Shown: positions 10,380-20,207, counted from the stretch's first letter. The stretch: 64,000 bases of DNA from a virus (IMGVR_UViG_3300003848_000002:15547-79546); one strand, 5' to 3'. The notes: a model not told the origin generated them from the sequence alone. A program made the numbers and translations.

Positions 10380-10706
10380 ATGTCAAATGAGATGGGAGGC
10401 GTGACGCCAGACCAGGTGGAGCGCATCGCCCAAATTGTTGCCAGAGAGGTCATGGGGAACTTGCGAAAGGATCTCCGTGATGACATCGGCGCAGAAGTGA
10501 AAGCGCAGCTAAGAGCCTATTTTGGTGATATGACAGCCGCTCAACACAGCATCCAGCACTCAAATCTGGAAAAGCTGCTGACGCGGTTAGACAGCATCTC
10601 AAGTGGATTCTTCGGCGGCATCATCTCCAAGATCACATCCATTCTAACCGCTGCTCTTATTCTGGGGCTGGCGGCGTATGGCGTTAAAAACGGTTTCGGC
10701 AATTAA
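10380..10706 (+). CDS. putative holin-like membrane protein
   Basis: Single C-terminal TM segment (ILTAALILGLAAYGV). First gene of the lysis cassette. RBS GGAGGAAAAA precedes ATG 10380. Confidence 0.3.
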   Translation: MSNEMGGVTPDQVERIAQIVAREVMGNLRKDLRDDIGAEVKAQLRAYFGDMTAAQHSIQHSNLEKLLTRLDSISSGFFGGIISKITSILTAALILGLAAYGVKNGFGN

Positions 10707-10720
10707 GAGGAAGGCTAAGG

Positions 10721-11413
10721 ATGGCTACTCCAAGAGGTATCAGAAACAACAACCCCGGCAACCTTGACCGCGGCGATCCGTGGCAGGGGCTGGTGGGTAA
10801 CCCTGCAGAACCGAGGTTCTGCACATTCAAGGACGCGACCTGGGGCATCCGTGCTCTGGCTGTAACGCTCATTACCTATCACGACAAGCGCAAAGCTCAG
10901 GATGGCTCGCCGATCGACACTGTCCGTGAAGTGATCGAACGTTGGGCGCCGCCACATGAGAACGACACTGAGGCATACATCAATGCGGTGGCCAAGGCAG
11001 TCGGCGTCTCTCCTGAGATGATTGTGGATCTCCACGACTACAGCACTTTGCGCCCTCTGGTGGAGGCAATCATTCGCCATGAGAATGGTAAAGGCCCATT
11101 AAAGACGGCAAACAGCTGGTATTCAGTGGAAGCCATCGACGAGGGTCTGCGTCGTGCCGGTGTTGTGCGAGTGGTCAAAGCCGTAAAAGCGGTTCCGGTC
11201 ACTAAGGAATCTGCTGGCGCAACGATTACAGCCGGTATTGGTGTCGCGCAGCTGGTGGACGTAGCGCCGCAGATCACTCATGCGATGGATAAGGCTCAGG
11301 ACAATATCTCCAGTGGCGACACCATTCGCATCGTGTTCGGTGTTGCCACGGTAGCAATTGCACTATTCATCGCCTGGTCTCAGGTTCGCAAACACCAGAA
11401 GGGGATCGCGTAA
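10721..11413 (+). CDS. putative endolysin/muramidase with C-terminal membrane anchor
   Basis: RGIRNNNPGN motif near the N-terminus and a C-terminal TM segment. Sits between the holin-like and spanin genes. Confidence 0.4.
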   Translation: MATPRGIRNNNPGNLDRGDPWQGLVGNPAEPRFCTFKDATWGIRALAVTLITYHDKRKAQDGSPIDTVREVIERWAPPHENDTEAYINAVAKAVGVSPEMIVDLHDYSTLRPLVEAIIRHENGKGPLKTANSWYSVEAIDEGLRRAGVVRVVKAVKAVPVTKESAGATITAGIGVAQLVDVAPQITHAMDKAQDNISSGDTIRIVFGVATVAIALFIAWSQVRKHQKGIA

Positions 11414-11664
11414 TGCTTCTTGGCCTTTACATTAAGGCCAAGCAGTACCTGTTGACGGCTGCGGCCGTCATCATGGTGCTTGCTGGTGCCTATTACCTCG
11501 GTGGCCGGGCTGCTCGCCGGGCAATGGAAATCAAAGCAGAGCGTGAAGACAACAAGCGCCTGCAACACACACTGGATGTGAAAAATGACGTTATCAATGC
11601 AGTCCGACGCTCGGATGGTGCTACCGTTGATGCTCAGCTTGCTGCTGATTGGATGCGTGATTAA
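11413..11664 (+). CDS. i-spanin (Rz-like)
   Basis: N-terminal TM segment followed by a charged coiled-coil. The Rz1-like gene is embedded in the +1 frame. Confidence 0.6.
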   Translation: MLLGLYIKAKQYLLTAAAVIMVLAGAYYLGGRAARRAMEIKAEREDNKRLQHTLDVKNDVINAVRRSDGATVDAQLAADWMRD

Positions 11665-11815
11665 GCCACCAGCCCAAGGGGTGCTGTTCTGCGATGCAGC
11701 AAACCCCATTTACGTTAGCCATAGCGATCAGCTAACGCAGGAAACAAAACGTGAGATCCTTTCCCACAACGTTCAAGGTGCTACATTGTGCCATTGGGAG
11801 AAAAAGCCCCGTTAG
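11585..11815 (+). CDS. o-spanin (Rz1-like lipoprotein)
   Basis: Signal peptide plus lipobox LLIGC. Starts inside the Rz-like ORF in another frame, the classic overlapped architecture. Confidence 0.6.
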   Translation: MTLSMQSDARMVLPLMLSLLLIGCVIKPPAQGVLFCDAANPIYVSHSDQLTQETKREILSHNVQGATLCHWEKKPR

Positions 11816-11830
11816 CGTTTTGCTTTTGAA

Positions 11831-11866
11831 GGCGTCTCCCTGGGTCTGGGGACGCCGGTTTTCCTT
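11831..11866 (+). terminator. rho-independent terminator
   Basis: ggcgtctcc ctgggtct ggggacgcc followed by ggttttcc. Confidence 0.5.
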
Positions 11867-12060
11867 ACCGGCTGTAAGGAACTATTCAACGTTTGGTTGA
11901 GTTTAGTGGTTGCCACAAAGCCATATATGACGTAAATTTGTTAGACAGTTGACGAAAGCGTCAACCCAATTTTAAGACCTACGAAGTATCCTCGTAGCCT
12001 CTAAATCCCCAGGTTGGGGGTCGCCGAACACGCTGCATAGCACTCGGCTAAGGTGGAAAC

Positions 12061-12456
12061 ATGCGTAACTCTCTGAACATTAAAGAAGCGAAGCGCTCAA
12101 TTCAAACCATTCGTGATTGTACGAGTGTCATCGCTACTCACATCTTCGGTAATTCGAAGCTGCAGGTGCGCACACTCAACAATGAAGCGTTGGCACCTAA
12201 AGACCTCAAATTCATCGTTACTTTTGCTCACGATGTAGAGACAGCTCGAGCCTCGGTAAAACCGCTGGCTGAAGCTCGTTTTCTCGATGGCGAAATTTGC
12301 TTTACGGTGAACCCAGCTAAGCAATTCCCTGAGATGGCTAACAAAATTTCGTCTTTCTCAGAGGCAATTGAAACTTCTATTCGCGATTTTTTGAGCAAGC
12401 ATGATAGTATCTTTAGCACCAATTCTGCTAATGATACTGCTAAATGGTTACACTAA
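12061..12456 (+). CDS. hypothetical protein
   Basis: ORF with overlapping downstream partner. No recognisable motif. Confidence 0.4.
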   Translation: MRNSLNIKEAKRSIQTIRDCTSVIATHIFGNSKLQVRTLNNEALAPKDLKFIVTFAHDVETARASVKPLAEARFLDGEICFTVNPAKQFPEMANKISSFSEAIETSIRDFLSKHDSIFSTNSANDTAKWLH

Positions 12457-13196
12457 TACCTTCATCGTTTTTCGATAAGAACATAGGTAAGTTTGCTCAT
12501 AAAGGCGAAACTAGCCTTCTTCGTTTCGGCTATTTGTTCACTAATGATGCGCTCTACAAGCTATCTCAGCTGGAGTTAATCGAACCCGAAGATGAGATTC
12601 ATACCTACATAACGATTGAATGTGTAGGTGCTGCTGACGACGACAAAGCGAGTATCACCAAAACCATCGCAAAAATGGTTGATGATGACGCCTCCGATGA
12701 AGAGATTATCAAGCATCTTTTAGACTCTGGCTATGTTGATGAATCTAAAAACGTTGATGCCGGCAGAATTGCACTCCGATCCTATTTCTTCATCGATGAC
12801 GCTGGCCAAGAGGTGGAAGCCCCTCAAGTCGCTGGCGTTAAAGTTGAGCGACCTTTCCAGCAGCAAGGTCTAAGCAGCCGCGCATATATGTTCATTCTGA
12901 ATTGGTTTGATCACCTGGTTTGCGACGAAGAGCAAACAGTTCCAGGCGCAAAAATCTGGGCTGGTCGTCTTTATGACCAATGCGACGTGCGCATTTATAA
13001 CGGTAAGGGTCAGGTTTTTGAAGATCGCTTGAGCGAACTCGGTGTTGGCGCTAAAGGCTTTCTGCCGTGGAACAAGGGCATGTTGGTAGACCTCAGCGGA
13101 TGGACACCGAACCAAGTTCAGCAGAAGGTTCAAAAGTTCATCGTTTTAATCATATCTCGCGACACGTCTCCATCAGTCGGCTACTGTCCAGCCTAA
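12444..13196 (+). CDS. hypothetical acidic protein
   Basis: Asp/Glu-rich 250 aa protein that overlaps the previous ORF. Confidence 0.4.
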   Translation: MVTLIPSSFFDKNIGKFAHKGETSLLRFGYLFTNDALYKLSQLELIEPEDEIHTYITIECVGAADDDKASITKTIAKMVDDDASDEEIIKHLLDSGYVDESKNVDAGRIALRSYFFIDDAGQEVEAPQVAGVKVERPFQQQGLSSRAYMFILNWFDHLVCDEEQTVPGAKIWAGRLYDQCDVRIYNGKGQVFEDRLSELGVGAKGFLPWNKGMLVDLSGWTPNQVQQKVQKFIVLIISRDTSPSVGYCPA

Positions 13197-13205
13197 TTCT
13201 AAATG

Positions 13206-13230
13206 AACCCGCTTCGGCGGGTTTTTTATT
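13206..13230 (+). terminator. rho-independent terminator
   Basis: aacccgc ttcg gcgggtt followed by ttttatt. Confidence 0.65.
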
Positions 13231-13305
13231 CCCAAAATTCAGTTCATTGCCTACAAACTGGCCTTTACACCGTGGCCGCCCCGCATTAGGCTAATAGGCA
13301 CATAA

Positions 13306-13322
13306 GAAAACAACTTGTTTTC
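13306..13322. promoter_or_regulatory. 17-bp palindrome GAAAACAAcTTGTTTTC upstream of parA (putative operator)
   Basis: Perfect inverted repeat 36 bp upstream of the parA ATG. The same motif recurs at 31880, 46129 and 16597. Confidence 0.5.
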
Positions 13323-13357
13323 ACATAATTACTATTTCGCATAACAAGGAAACAACA

Positions 13358-14023
13358 ATGGCTAAGATCATTGTGATTGGCGGCACCAAAGGTGGCCCCG
13401 GCAAATCCACGGTTGCGCAGCAGGTAGCCGGTGCGCTGGTTCTTAAAAAGCAGAAGAAATGTCACCTGACCGACATCGATGGGCAGATGACGACCGCAGG
13501 CTGGGCTGAAGAGCGCCGCGAAAACGAAGACCTGGCGCTTATTCCATTTGAGTTTGTGGATCATGACGTGGTTAAGCACATCAACGCGGTCAGCCAGCGA
13601 CACGACTTCGTGGTTATTGACGCAGGGGGCTTCGACTCCGAAATACAGCGTCAGGCTATGCAGATGGCCGACATTATTCTTCTTCCGTTCCGCCCAAAGC
13701 GCCGTGACATTAAATCACTGCGTAACCTCGATCCGGTTCTGGATAACGTGCGTAATACCAACCACAAGGTTCGAATCATTGGGGTGATGAACCAATGTCC
13801 ATCCTTGCCAAACCAGGCGCAGCGTATTATCAACGCCAAAGGTGTAATTGAGTCATTTGGCATCGAGCCTGTGCCGGTTAACCTTTACACCCGCAATGTT
13901 TACGACGATGCTGAAGAGTCTGGCCGCACCATCTTCGAAATGGCTGGTGCTGAACGCGATCAGAAGGCGGAAACTGAAATCATCGAGCTTGTTGATTACC
14001 TGCTGAACCTGGAGAATAAATAA
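13358..14023 (+). CDS. parA: ParA/Soj-family partition ATPase
   Basis: Deviant Walker A IVIGGTKGGPGKSTVA. Size and layout match type Ib ParA. Followed by a small RHH protein. Confidence 0.75.
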   Translation: MAKIIVIGGTKGGPGKSTVAQQVAGALVLKKQKKCHLTDIDGQMTTAGWAEERRENEDLALIPFEFVDHDVVKHINAVSQRHDFVVIDAGGFDSEIQRQAMQMADIILLPFRPKRRDIKSLRNLDPVLDNVRNTNHKVRIIGVMNQCPSLPNQAQRIINAKGVIESFGIEPVPVNLYTRNVYDDAEESGRTIFEMAGAERDQKAETEIIELVDYLLNLENK

Positions 14024-14412
14024 TGGCGAAGGGTATGGGTGATTTGACCAAGCGTGTAACGCCACCAGCAGCTTCAGAAGCGAAGCAGCCGGAAATGCAG
14101 CCAGCAACACCATCTGCACCATTGCGCAACCCTGTGAAGCCCCAGGGGCGCCCTACGCGTGGTAAGAGCAAGATTCAGTCTCGCACCATGTCGATGGAAG
14201 ATGAGTACATTGAGCTGATTGATATGCTGGCCGTCATTCCTCGCTTTGACAAGTTCACACGTTCTGACGTAATCCGCGCGGCTATTTTCCAGCTATCGGA
14301 AAAAAGTCCTGCTGAAATCGAAGAGGCTATTAAGCTGAACATTGAAGCGGTGAATGCAAGTGACGTTTCATTCCGCACTGAAGAGATAAAGCGGAAGTTA
14401 ATGGGAAAATAA
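14023..14412 (+). CDS. ParG/ParB-like partition adaptor (ribbon-helix-helix C-terminus)
   Basis: ATGA-coupled to parA. Disordered basic N-terminus and a C-terminal segment SMEDEYIELIDMLA...RSDVIRAAI consistent with an RHH fold. Confidence 0.45.
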   Translation: MAKGMGDLTKRVTPPAASEAKQPEMQPATPSAPLRNPVKPQGRPTRGKSKIQSRTMSMEDEYIELIDMLAVIPRFDKFTRSDVIRAAIFQLSEKSPAEIEEAIKLNIEAVNASDVSFRTEEIKRKLMGK

Positions 14413-14421
14413 CTATTCTGA

Positions 14422-14448
14422 AGGCCTGTAAGTCAGGCCTTTACATTT
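14422..14448 (+). terminator. rho-independent terminator
   Basis: aaggcctg taagt caggcctt followed by tacattt. Confidence 0.5.
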
Positions 14449-14464
14449 CAGTTGAGATAAAAAA

Positions 14465-15208
14465 ATGTTTACAACTAAAAGATTCTATTTAGCAATACTA
14501 TTAATAAGTATTTGCTCAGCCTTGTTTGTATTTGCCTTAAATGAAATTCCCGGTGGTATAGTTTCGATAATCTGCACGGTCATAGGTGCAATGGGCGCAC
14601 TTGTTGGAGGATGGTCAACGGGTCGGGCGGTTCAAGATGCGGAAAACAAAGCAAAGAAAAACAGTTTTTTCATTTACAAAAAACTTTATTATAGGAGGGT
14701 GTTAGTAAACTCATCCTACTCTTCAACTTCATCGGTTAAATTTTTAACACATAAATTAGCATTAAAGATCGCTGTTGCAATAGTTAAACTCGTTGGGAAG
14801 CGTGAGAAGAGTAGCAAGAAATCCGAATCTATTAAATCAAAAAAACAAACACTAACTGAATTATATTTAGTCAAAGTAAAGATCAATATTTTCAAAGGTC
14901 AGATTGTAACATTTTTTGGTATGATTGGGGCAACCACTATGACGTTGGCAATGCAGATGTCAAGCATGCCTGTTGTTGTTCTTCTATGGTACATAATAGT
15001 CCTTGAATGCCTTGAGCAAATAATTTCCTACCGTGTTCGTAAAGGATATTTTGGAGCCAATCGTTATGAGGCGCTTCAGTTGTTGAATTTCATTAATCAA
15101 AACAAAGATGACGAAGATGTTACTGGCGGTGGTAGACAAGTGTTTAAGGCCGTAGAGGTTATAAAACAAGAAAGTGAATATTCTGCCACAGGGGAATATG
15201 CGAAATGA
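14465..15208 (+). CDS. AT-rich membrane protein, unknown function
   Basis: Multiple TM segments and a Lys/Ser-rich linker. Codon usage is markedly AT-rich compared with its neighbours. Confidence 0.45.
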   Translation: MFTTKRFYLAILLISICSALFVFALNEIPGGIVSIICTVIGAMGALVGGWSTGRAVQDAENKAKKNSFFIYKKLYYRRVLVNSSYSSTSSVKFLTHKLALKIAVAIVKLVGKREKSSKKSESIKSKKQTLTELYLVKVKINIFKGQIVTFFGMIGATTMTLAMQMSSMPVVVLLWYIIVLECLEQIISYRVRKGYFGANRYEALQLLNFINQNKDDEDVTGGGRQVFKAVEVIKQESEYSATGEYAK

Positions 15209-15612
15209 TTAACTCTGAGAGCGCCTCTAAGCTACTTAGCGTTGGGCTGAATATTCTGACTTTTCACCATCCTATTCGAACGGCGATTGGGTTAATTGTG
15301 GCTGTGCTTGTTTGGTGTTTGACAGGAGCATACCCTGGAATTATCTTGGCATTAGGAATGGAGTCAAATAGCTACTCTAGGTCTACTTTGTCAATTTCTG
15401 GCTTTATGATTATTCAAATTAAAACTATATACGATGGGGTTACTGGGCGAGGGGTCAGTGAAGAAGTTCAATCTATAATTAACGTAATAGAAAAATCACC
15501 TATGACAAATGTCCAAAAAAGGCTGAAATACAGTGCGCTTATTGAGGCGCAAATCGAAAGGTACAGTAAAAGCTCAAAATCTGAACCTGAAGATACGAAT
15601 GTAACGGAATAA
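15205..15612 (+). CDS. AT-rich membrane protein, unknown function
   Basis: ATGA-coupled to the previous gene. Contains 2-3 TM segments. Confidence 0.45.
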   Translation: MINSESASKLLSVGLNILTFHHPIRTAIGLIVAVLVWCLTGAYPGIILALGMESNSYSRSTLSISGFMIIQIKTIYDGVTGRGVSEEVQSIINVIEKSPMTNVQKRLKYSALIEAQIERYSKSSKSEPEDTNVTE

Positions 15613-15822
15613 AGTTACCTGCTTCTGTATAATTAATATGACTAATATATAATAATATACGGAAGCAGGTTTTTTAAAGTGCCTAACATCAACTTACATC
15701 TACCCATCCTACTTTCCTGAAATTCCCAGCCCGCTGGCTTACAATATTCCCGAAATCACTGCTTTAAAAAAGATTGGTAACTAGCTATCATTCATTTACG
15801 TATAACTAACCAGCTACCTACT

Positions 15823-16560
15823 ATGAGCAATTTCTTTTACCAATGCTTAGGCAACGACGACCAGTATGGATTCATGGAAGAGTGGGATTCGGCCGTCATG
15901 GATGAGTGGGTCGCTAAGAACATAGGGCTGTCTCGCTGTAAAGGCGAAGCTGACCTCTTCGAGACTAAGTGGTTTGATTACCGCGACATGCACCCACTTC
16001 AGGCTACAGCTGTATTTACCGAAGAGTACAAACGCCAGTACGCCAACATCATGCTCACTCACGGTCGTGAAGACTTCCAGAGTGCGCCTTTCAACACCGG
16101 TTTAAAACGAGTTCCGTTTCAGGATCAGTCTGCCGCCAACAAAACCTCACTTTGGAAGGCTCGTCAGTTTGCCGATCGCTACTGCGTTAATTACGGCTAC
16201 TTCATTGGCACCGTTCTATCGATCGCCGCATCTCGTCTCTGGGACAAGCTGCCACGCCCTCAACATCTTTGGCAGCCAGAGCTGATTGAGATCTTCGAAG
16301 ACAGATTGAAGAAACGCGCGTTAACACGTCTGGATAGCTCTCTTTGGGGTTCTGGCTCTTCTGGGGTAATCGTGCAAGGGGACAACGTTGAAATCCAGCG
16401 AGACTACTTTGAGTGGCTTCTCACGCAGATTGAAAATCGTGAGCCATCCCGTCGCGTTCTGATTATCTACTCCGCCGTTTGGCTGACAGAGCTTCTGCCC
16501 GAACACATAGCGCTTCAGCGCTTCCCTAACGAAATCATGGAAGCACGGTCACTGAATTGA
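15823..16560 (+). CDS. hypothetical protein
   Basis: 245 aa ORF with no recognisable motif. Confidence 0.4.
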   Translation: MSNFFYQCLGNDDQYGFMEEWDSAVMDEWVAKNIGLSRCKGEADLFETKWFDYRDMHPLQATAVFTEEYKRQYANIMLTHGREDFQSAPFNTGLKRVPFQDQSAANKTSLWKARQFADRYCVNYGYFIGTVLSIAASRLWDKLPRPQHLWQPELIEIFEDRLKKRALTRLDSSLWGSGSSGVIVQGDNVEIQRDYFEWLLTQIENREPSRRVLIIYSAVWLTELLPEHIALQRFPNEIMEARSLN

Positions 16561-16596
16561 TTGCCTTCGCCCACTTAGTAAACTTAGTAAACTTAA

Positions 16597-16611
16597 TAAA
16601 CAAGTTGTTTA
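16597..16611. promoter_or_regulatory. palindrome TAAACAAgTTGTTTA (variant of AAACAA-N-TTGTTT motif)
   Basis: Perfect 15-bp inverted repeat. Preceded by a tandem direct repeat agtaaactt x2. Lies upstream of the helicase leader ORF. Confidence 0.4.
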
Positions 16612-16654
16612 GAACGATGGAAAAGCACATGAACATGATTAAAGAGGTGGCGCA

Positions 16655-17995
16655 ATGACCACCATTTGCCATACCGGACGCCCATTGTCAGAAGAGTTTG
16701 ATGATGACTTCCAGAACCGATTAACAGCTTACTACTGCAAGGATCAGGAGTTCCTGTTGCGCGCCGGGGATTTGGTTGATCCGAGCCAATTTGAAAACGC
16801 GGCAAACGCAATATTGGTTAACCTGGTTTCCTCTTACTTCCGCATGTACAAGAGCGCACCTTCCAGCACGGCCATTCTCGACCAGCTGAAGCGCGCGAAG
16901 AAAGATAAGACGATCCGCGAAGAGCTGTTCCCGGATGTGGTCGGCGCCTTCAAGCGTGTATTGGGTGAGAAATTGACAGACACCAAATACATGATTGACC
17001 GAGTGGCCACTTTTGCCCGGAGCATAGCTTTTGATGACGCGCTGATCAAAGCGGCCGAGCTAAAAGAGAAGGGTGACTTCGAACGCGCCATGGAAGTGAT
17101 GGCCAAGGTGCAGCTGGTGGGCGCGAGTGACACCATAGGCATCTACAACTATCTGGGCGAAGCGGCCGAGCGTTTAAAGCAGCGTGAGTATGAGGCGTCT
17201 GAGGATTACGTACCAAACAGCATCACTACCGGCATACCGCTGCTGGATCGACTGCTGTACCAGAAAGGGTGGGGGCGTCGTGAAATGGTTCTCTTCATGG
17301 GCTTCGCGAAGTCTGGTAAATCGACGGCCATGGGTGAGTTCTCCATTAACGCTACTTTAAAGGGCTTCAACGTTCTGTACGTCTCGCTGGAAGTTCACAC
17401 CGCAATCTTGTCTGACCGTTTCGACGCACGTCTTTCTCAAACCGAAATGACGAAGTTGATCGAGAAGCGTGACGATGTTCATAAGAAGCTGGCCGACCTG
17501 GGCGCCAGTACCGGTGTGGGCAATTTGTGGGTTGTGGAGAGACCGTCTGGCAGCTTGTCACCTGCAGACCTCGATCGATTACTTGAAGGCATGAAGTCGA
17601 ACGGGATGGTTCCTGACATGGTCGTGGTGGATTACGCCGACCTGATGAAACCAACACGACGCAGCGGCGATGAACGAGCAGATGTGAAAAGCATCTATAC
17701 CGATCTCCGCGCAGTCTTCGACAAACACAATGCCGCTGGCATCACTGCATCCCAGACAAACCGAGAGGGTGGGGCGTCTGAGGTAGCCACGATGATGCAC
17801 GCCGCAGATAACATTGAAAAGGTGCGTATCGCTGACCTGGTAATCTCGATCAACAAAACGGAAGAGGAAGCAACGAAGGGTGAAGCGCGCTTGTACTTTG
17901 CAGGCTCTCGTAACCAGAAAGGCAACATCAGCATCCGAGTAAAGCAGAACCTGGAGCAGATGCGGTTTATTCAGGAAATTCTCGACGTTATCTAA
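16655..17995 (+). CDS. DnaB-like replicative helicase
   Basis: Walker A GFAKSGKST, RecA-like C-terminal domain with DnaB-type motifs, 446 aa. Confidence 0.75.
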   Translation: MTTICHTGRPLSEEFDDDFQNRLTAYYCKDQEFLLRAGDLVDPSQFENAANAILVNLVSSYFRMYKSAPSSTAILDQLKRAKKDKTIREELFPDVVGAFKRVLGEKLTDTKYMIDRVATFARSIAFDDALIKAAELKEKGDFERAMEVMAKVQLVGASDTIGIYNYLGEAAERLKQREYEASEDYVPNSITTGIPLLDRLLYQKGWGRREMVLFMGFAKSGKSTAMGEFSINATLKGFNVLYVSLEVHTAILSDRFDARLSQTEMTKLIEKRDDVHKKLADLGASTGVGNLWVVERPSGSLSPADLDRLLEGMKSNGMVPDMVVVDYADLMKPTRRSGDERADVKSIYTDLRAVFDKHNAAGITASQTNREGGASEVATMMHAADNIEKVRIADLVISINKTEEEATKGEARLYFAGSRNQKGNISIRVKQNLEQMRFIQEILDVI

Positions 17996-18010
17996 AAAAT
18001 AAAGGCGTGG

Positions 18011-18040
18011 CAAAAATCGCCACGCCTCATTTCCAATTCG
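18011..18040 (+). terminator. hairpin/terminator
   Basis: aggcgtggc aaaaat cgccacgcct followed by cattt. Confidence 0.4.
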
Positions 18041-18163
18041 AGAAATCAAGTTTCTCGCCCTGTTAAAAACAACAAGGGAAAAACACATGAGCGGCCATCA
18101 TACCCCATCTTCCCTAATACACACAAAATTGCCTTCAAATTATGACCGAAGAGGATTGCTGGC

Positions 18164-19279
18164 ATGAGCGACATTAAAGAGCTTTTGACCGAGCTGGACT
18201 TTGAGCAGTGGCTCGATACAGAGGGCATCATCTATCGCCGTGGTGGTGTCAGCGCGCGCGGTCGTGAAATAAACATCAAGGAGTGCCCGGTATGCGGCAG
18301 CTCCGGTTGGAAGGTGTATTTCAATCTGACCAACAACGTCGGCAAATGCTTTGCGGGTGATCACCCAGAAGAGATTCAATTCAACAAGCTGGTATTCCTG
18401 AAGCATTACAGCGGCAAGTCACGCCGTGCATTTGAGGAATACGTGAACAATGCGCTGCTGGAGCAGGGCTGGGCGCCGAAACGAGAAGAGGTAAAACTGA
18501 CCAGCGCCGTCGAGCTGGAAGGGCCGGTTTCGTTGCCGCGTCACTATGAGCTTCCGATCGAGGGTCAACTACCCACTTATCTTGTGGAGAGAAATGTAAC
18601 GCCTGAGCTGGCCAAATATTTCGACCTTAGATACTGCGTAGAGGGCAAACATGCTTATGTGGATGTCTACAACGACCAGGTTCGTGGCCAAGATTTCGGT
18701 ATGCGTATTCTGATACCAATTTACGACCTCGATGGTGTGATGAAAACCTTCCAGGGGCGTGACGTTACTGGCACTGCGGAGCGCCGCTACCTCTTCCCCA
18801 TGACGTTGCCGGCGTCAGGTAAGTTTCTCTATAACGGCCACAACGCAGTGGGTAAACAGACTGTCGTGGTGAGCGAGGGTGCATTTGACGTTATTGGGAT
18901 CAAGCGAGCACTGTTCGATGAGCCAACGCTGCGGGATTACGTTGAGCCAATCGGGACGTTTGGTATGCATTTATCTGGTGTAACGACGCAGGACGAAGAG
19001 GATCAGTTAGGTGCATTCCTGACGCTCAAAGCGAAGGGGCTGAAGAACGTCGTAATGATGTGGGACAGTGAGAAGCAGGCAATCCGAAACACAATGGCCG
19101 CCGCGCGTAAGCTGGTGGGGATCGGACTTAACGTGAAGATTGCCTGTTTGGGCAAAGAGGGCGTTGACCCGGGCGACGCATCTGTTGAGGAAATCATCAA
19201 AGCATACTTCCGAGCGAAGCCCTACACTCGCCAGCTTGAGTTAATGGCAAAGGTAAAAGGAATAGCGGCTTTGGTCTGA
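18164..19279 (+). CDS. DnaG-type primase (zinc finger + TOPRIM)
   Basis: Zinc finger CPVCGSSGW...C..GDH and TOPRIM-like VVVSEGAFDVIGI. Confidence 0.75.
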   Translation: MSDIKELLTELDFEQWLDTEGIIYRRGGVSARGREINIKECPVCGSSGWKVYFNLTNNVGKCFAGDHPEEIQFNKLVFLKHYSGKSRRAFEEYVNNALLEQGWAPKREEVKLTSAVELEGPVSLPRHYELPIEGQLPTYLVERNVTPELAKYFDLRYCVEGKHAYVDVYNDQVRGQDFGMRILIPIYDLDGVMKTFQGRDVTGTAERRYLFPMTLPASGKFLYNGHNAVGKQTVVVSEGAFDVIGIKRALFDEPTLRDYVEPIGTFGMHLSGVTTQDEEDQLGAFLTLKAKGLKNVVMMWDSEKQAIRNTMAAARKLVGIGLNVKIACLGKEGVDPGDASVEEIIKAYFRAKPYTRQLELMAKVKGIAALV

Positions 19280-19344
19280 CCTAAGAAAATAAGTAGCTAA
19301 CCACCAATCATTAATTATAATGGCGACCAAAGTTTATAAGAGAG

Positions 19345-20127
19345 ATGAAGATGCACCCGAATATCACTCATGAAATCACAAAGCTGGTTAGAGATTCAAA
19401 GCTGCCGCTGAACGAAGAAGAGTTCGACTCGGTTGTTGTCCAGGCTATTCAGGCTGGAGCTGACAGAATTGCGACCGCAGAGGCTGGCAAGTTGCTGCTG
19501 GCCGACTATCCGTATTTGACGGTCACCATGGTTGTTGGCGATGTTCGCCCCAGCGTGGGAAACGAAGCGCCTCGATGCGCTGCGATCGTCAGCTTTATCA
19601 GCCGAATGGGAGATTCACCTGTCACACATACAGCCGCTTACTACAACGGCTACATTGTCCAGACCCAGACCGTTCTTGAAGAGCTGCACCGTGACGACCT
19701 ATGGAAGTTCGTTGAGTTCATGGACGAAAAATGCGAAAGCGTGGAGTCCTCTTCGGCCATAAAAGAACTATGGGCAACGAGTGTGGTTGGTGACGACAAC
19801 ACTGCAAATATGAGTGTCCCGGAAGGCATGGTTGACCTGGTTCTGGAAGGGCGAGGAACCGCCACCAAAGCGGCTAATGAGAAGAACTTCCCAGCGTTAA
19901 TGAAATTGACCGGTGGCGATCGTCGCAAGCAGGACATTATCAACGCCTGCAGTTCAGCCTGCGATGGCGTTATGGGCGAGTACGAACGTCGCCTGGTGAA
20001 GATGTCTAACGAAATGCCAATGTTGATGCAGGAAGCCAAATCATACGCTCTGCACACCGCTGAAGAGCTTCTGAAGCCTTTCCGCGACCGACAACACGCC
20101 GTCATGTCTGGCTGGGGAAGCTGGTAG
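19345..20127 (+). CDS. hypothetical protein
   Basis: ORF inside the replication module. No recognisable motif. Confidence 0.4.
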   Translation: MKMHPNITHEITKLVRDSKLPLNEEEFDSVVVQAIQAGADRIATAEAGKLLLADYPYLTVTMVVGDVRPSVGNEAPRCAAIVSFISRMGDSPVTHTAAYYNGYIVQTQTVLEELHRDDLWKFVEFMDEKCESVESSSAIKELWATSVVGDDNTANMSVPEGMVDLVLEGRGTATKAANEKNFPALMKLTGGDRRKQDIINACSSACDGVMGEYERRLVKMSNEMPMLMQEAKSYALHTAEELLKPFRDRQHAVMSGWGSW

Positions 20128-20207
20128 CCTGACAAAAACGCTATAGCCCCGTATGGGGCTTTTTTATAATTGCGTTAATAAGTGATTAGCTATTTTGGTG
20201 ATACAGA

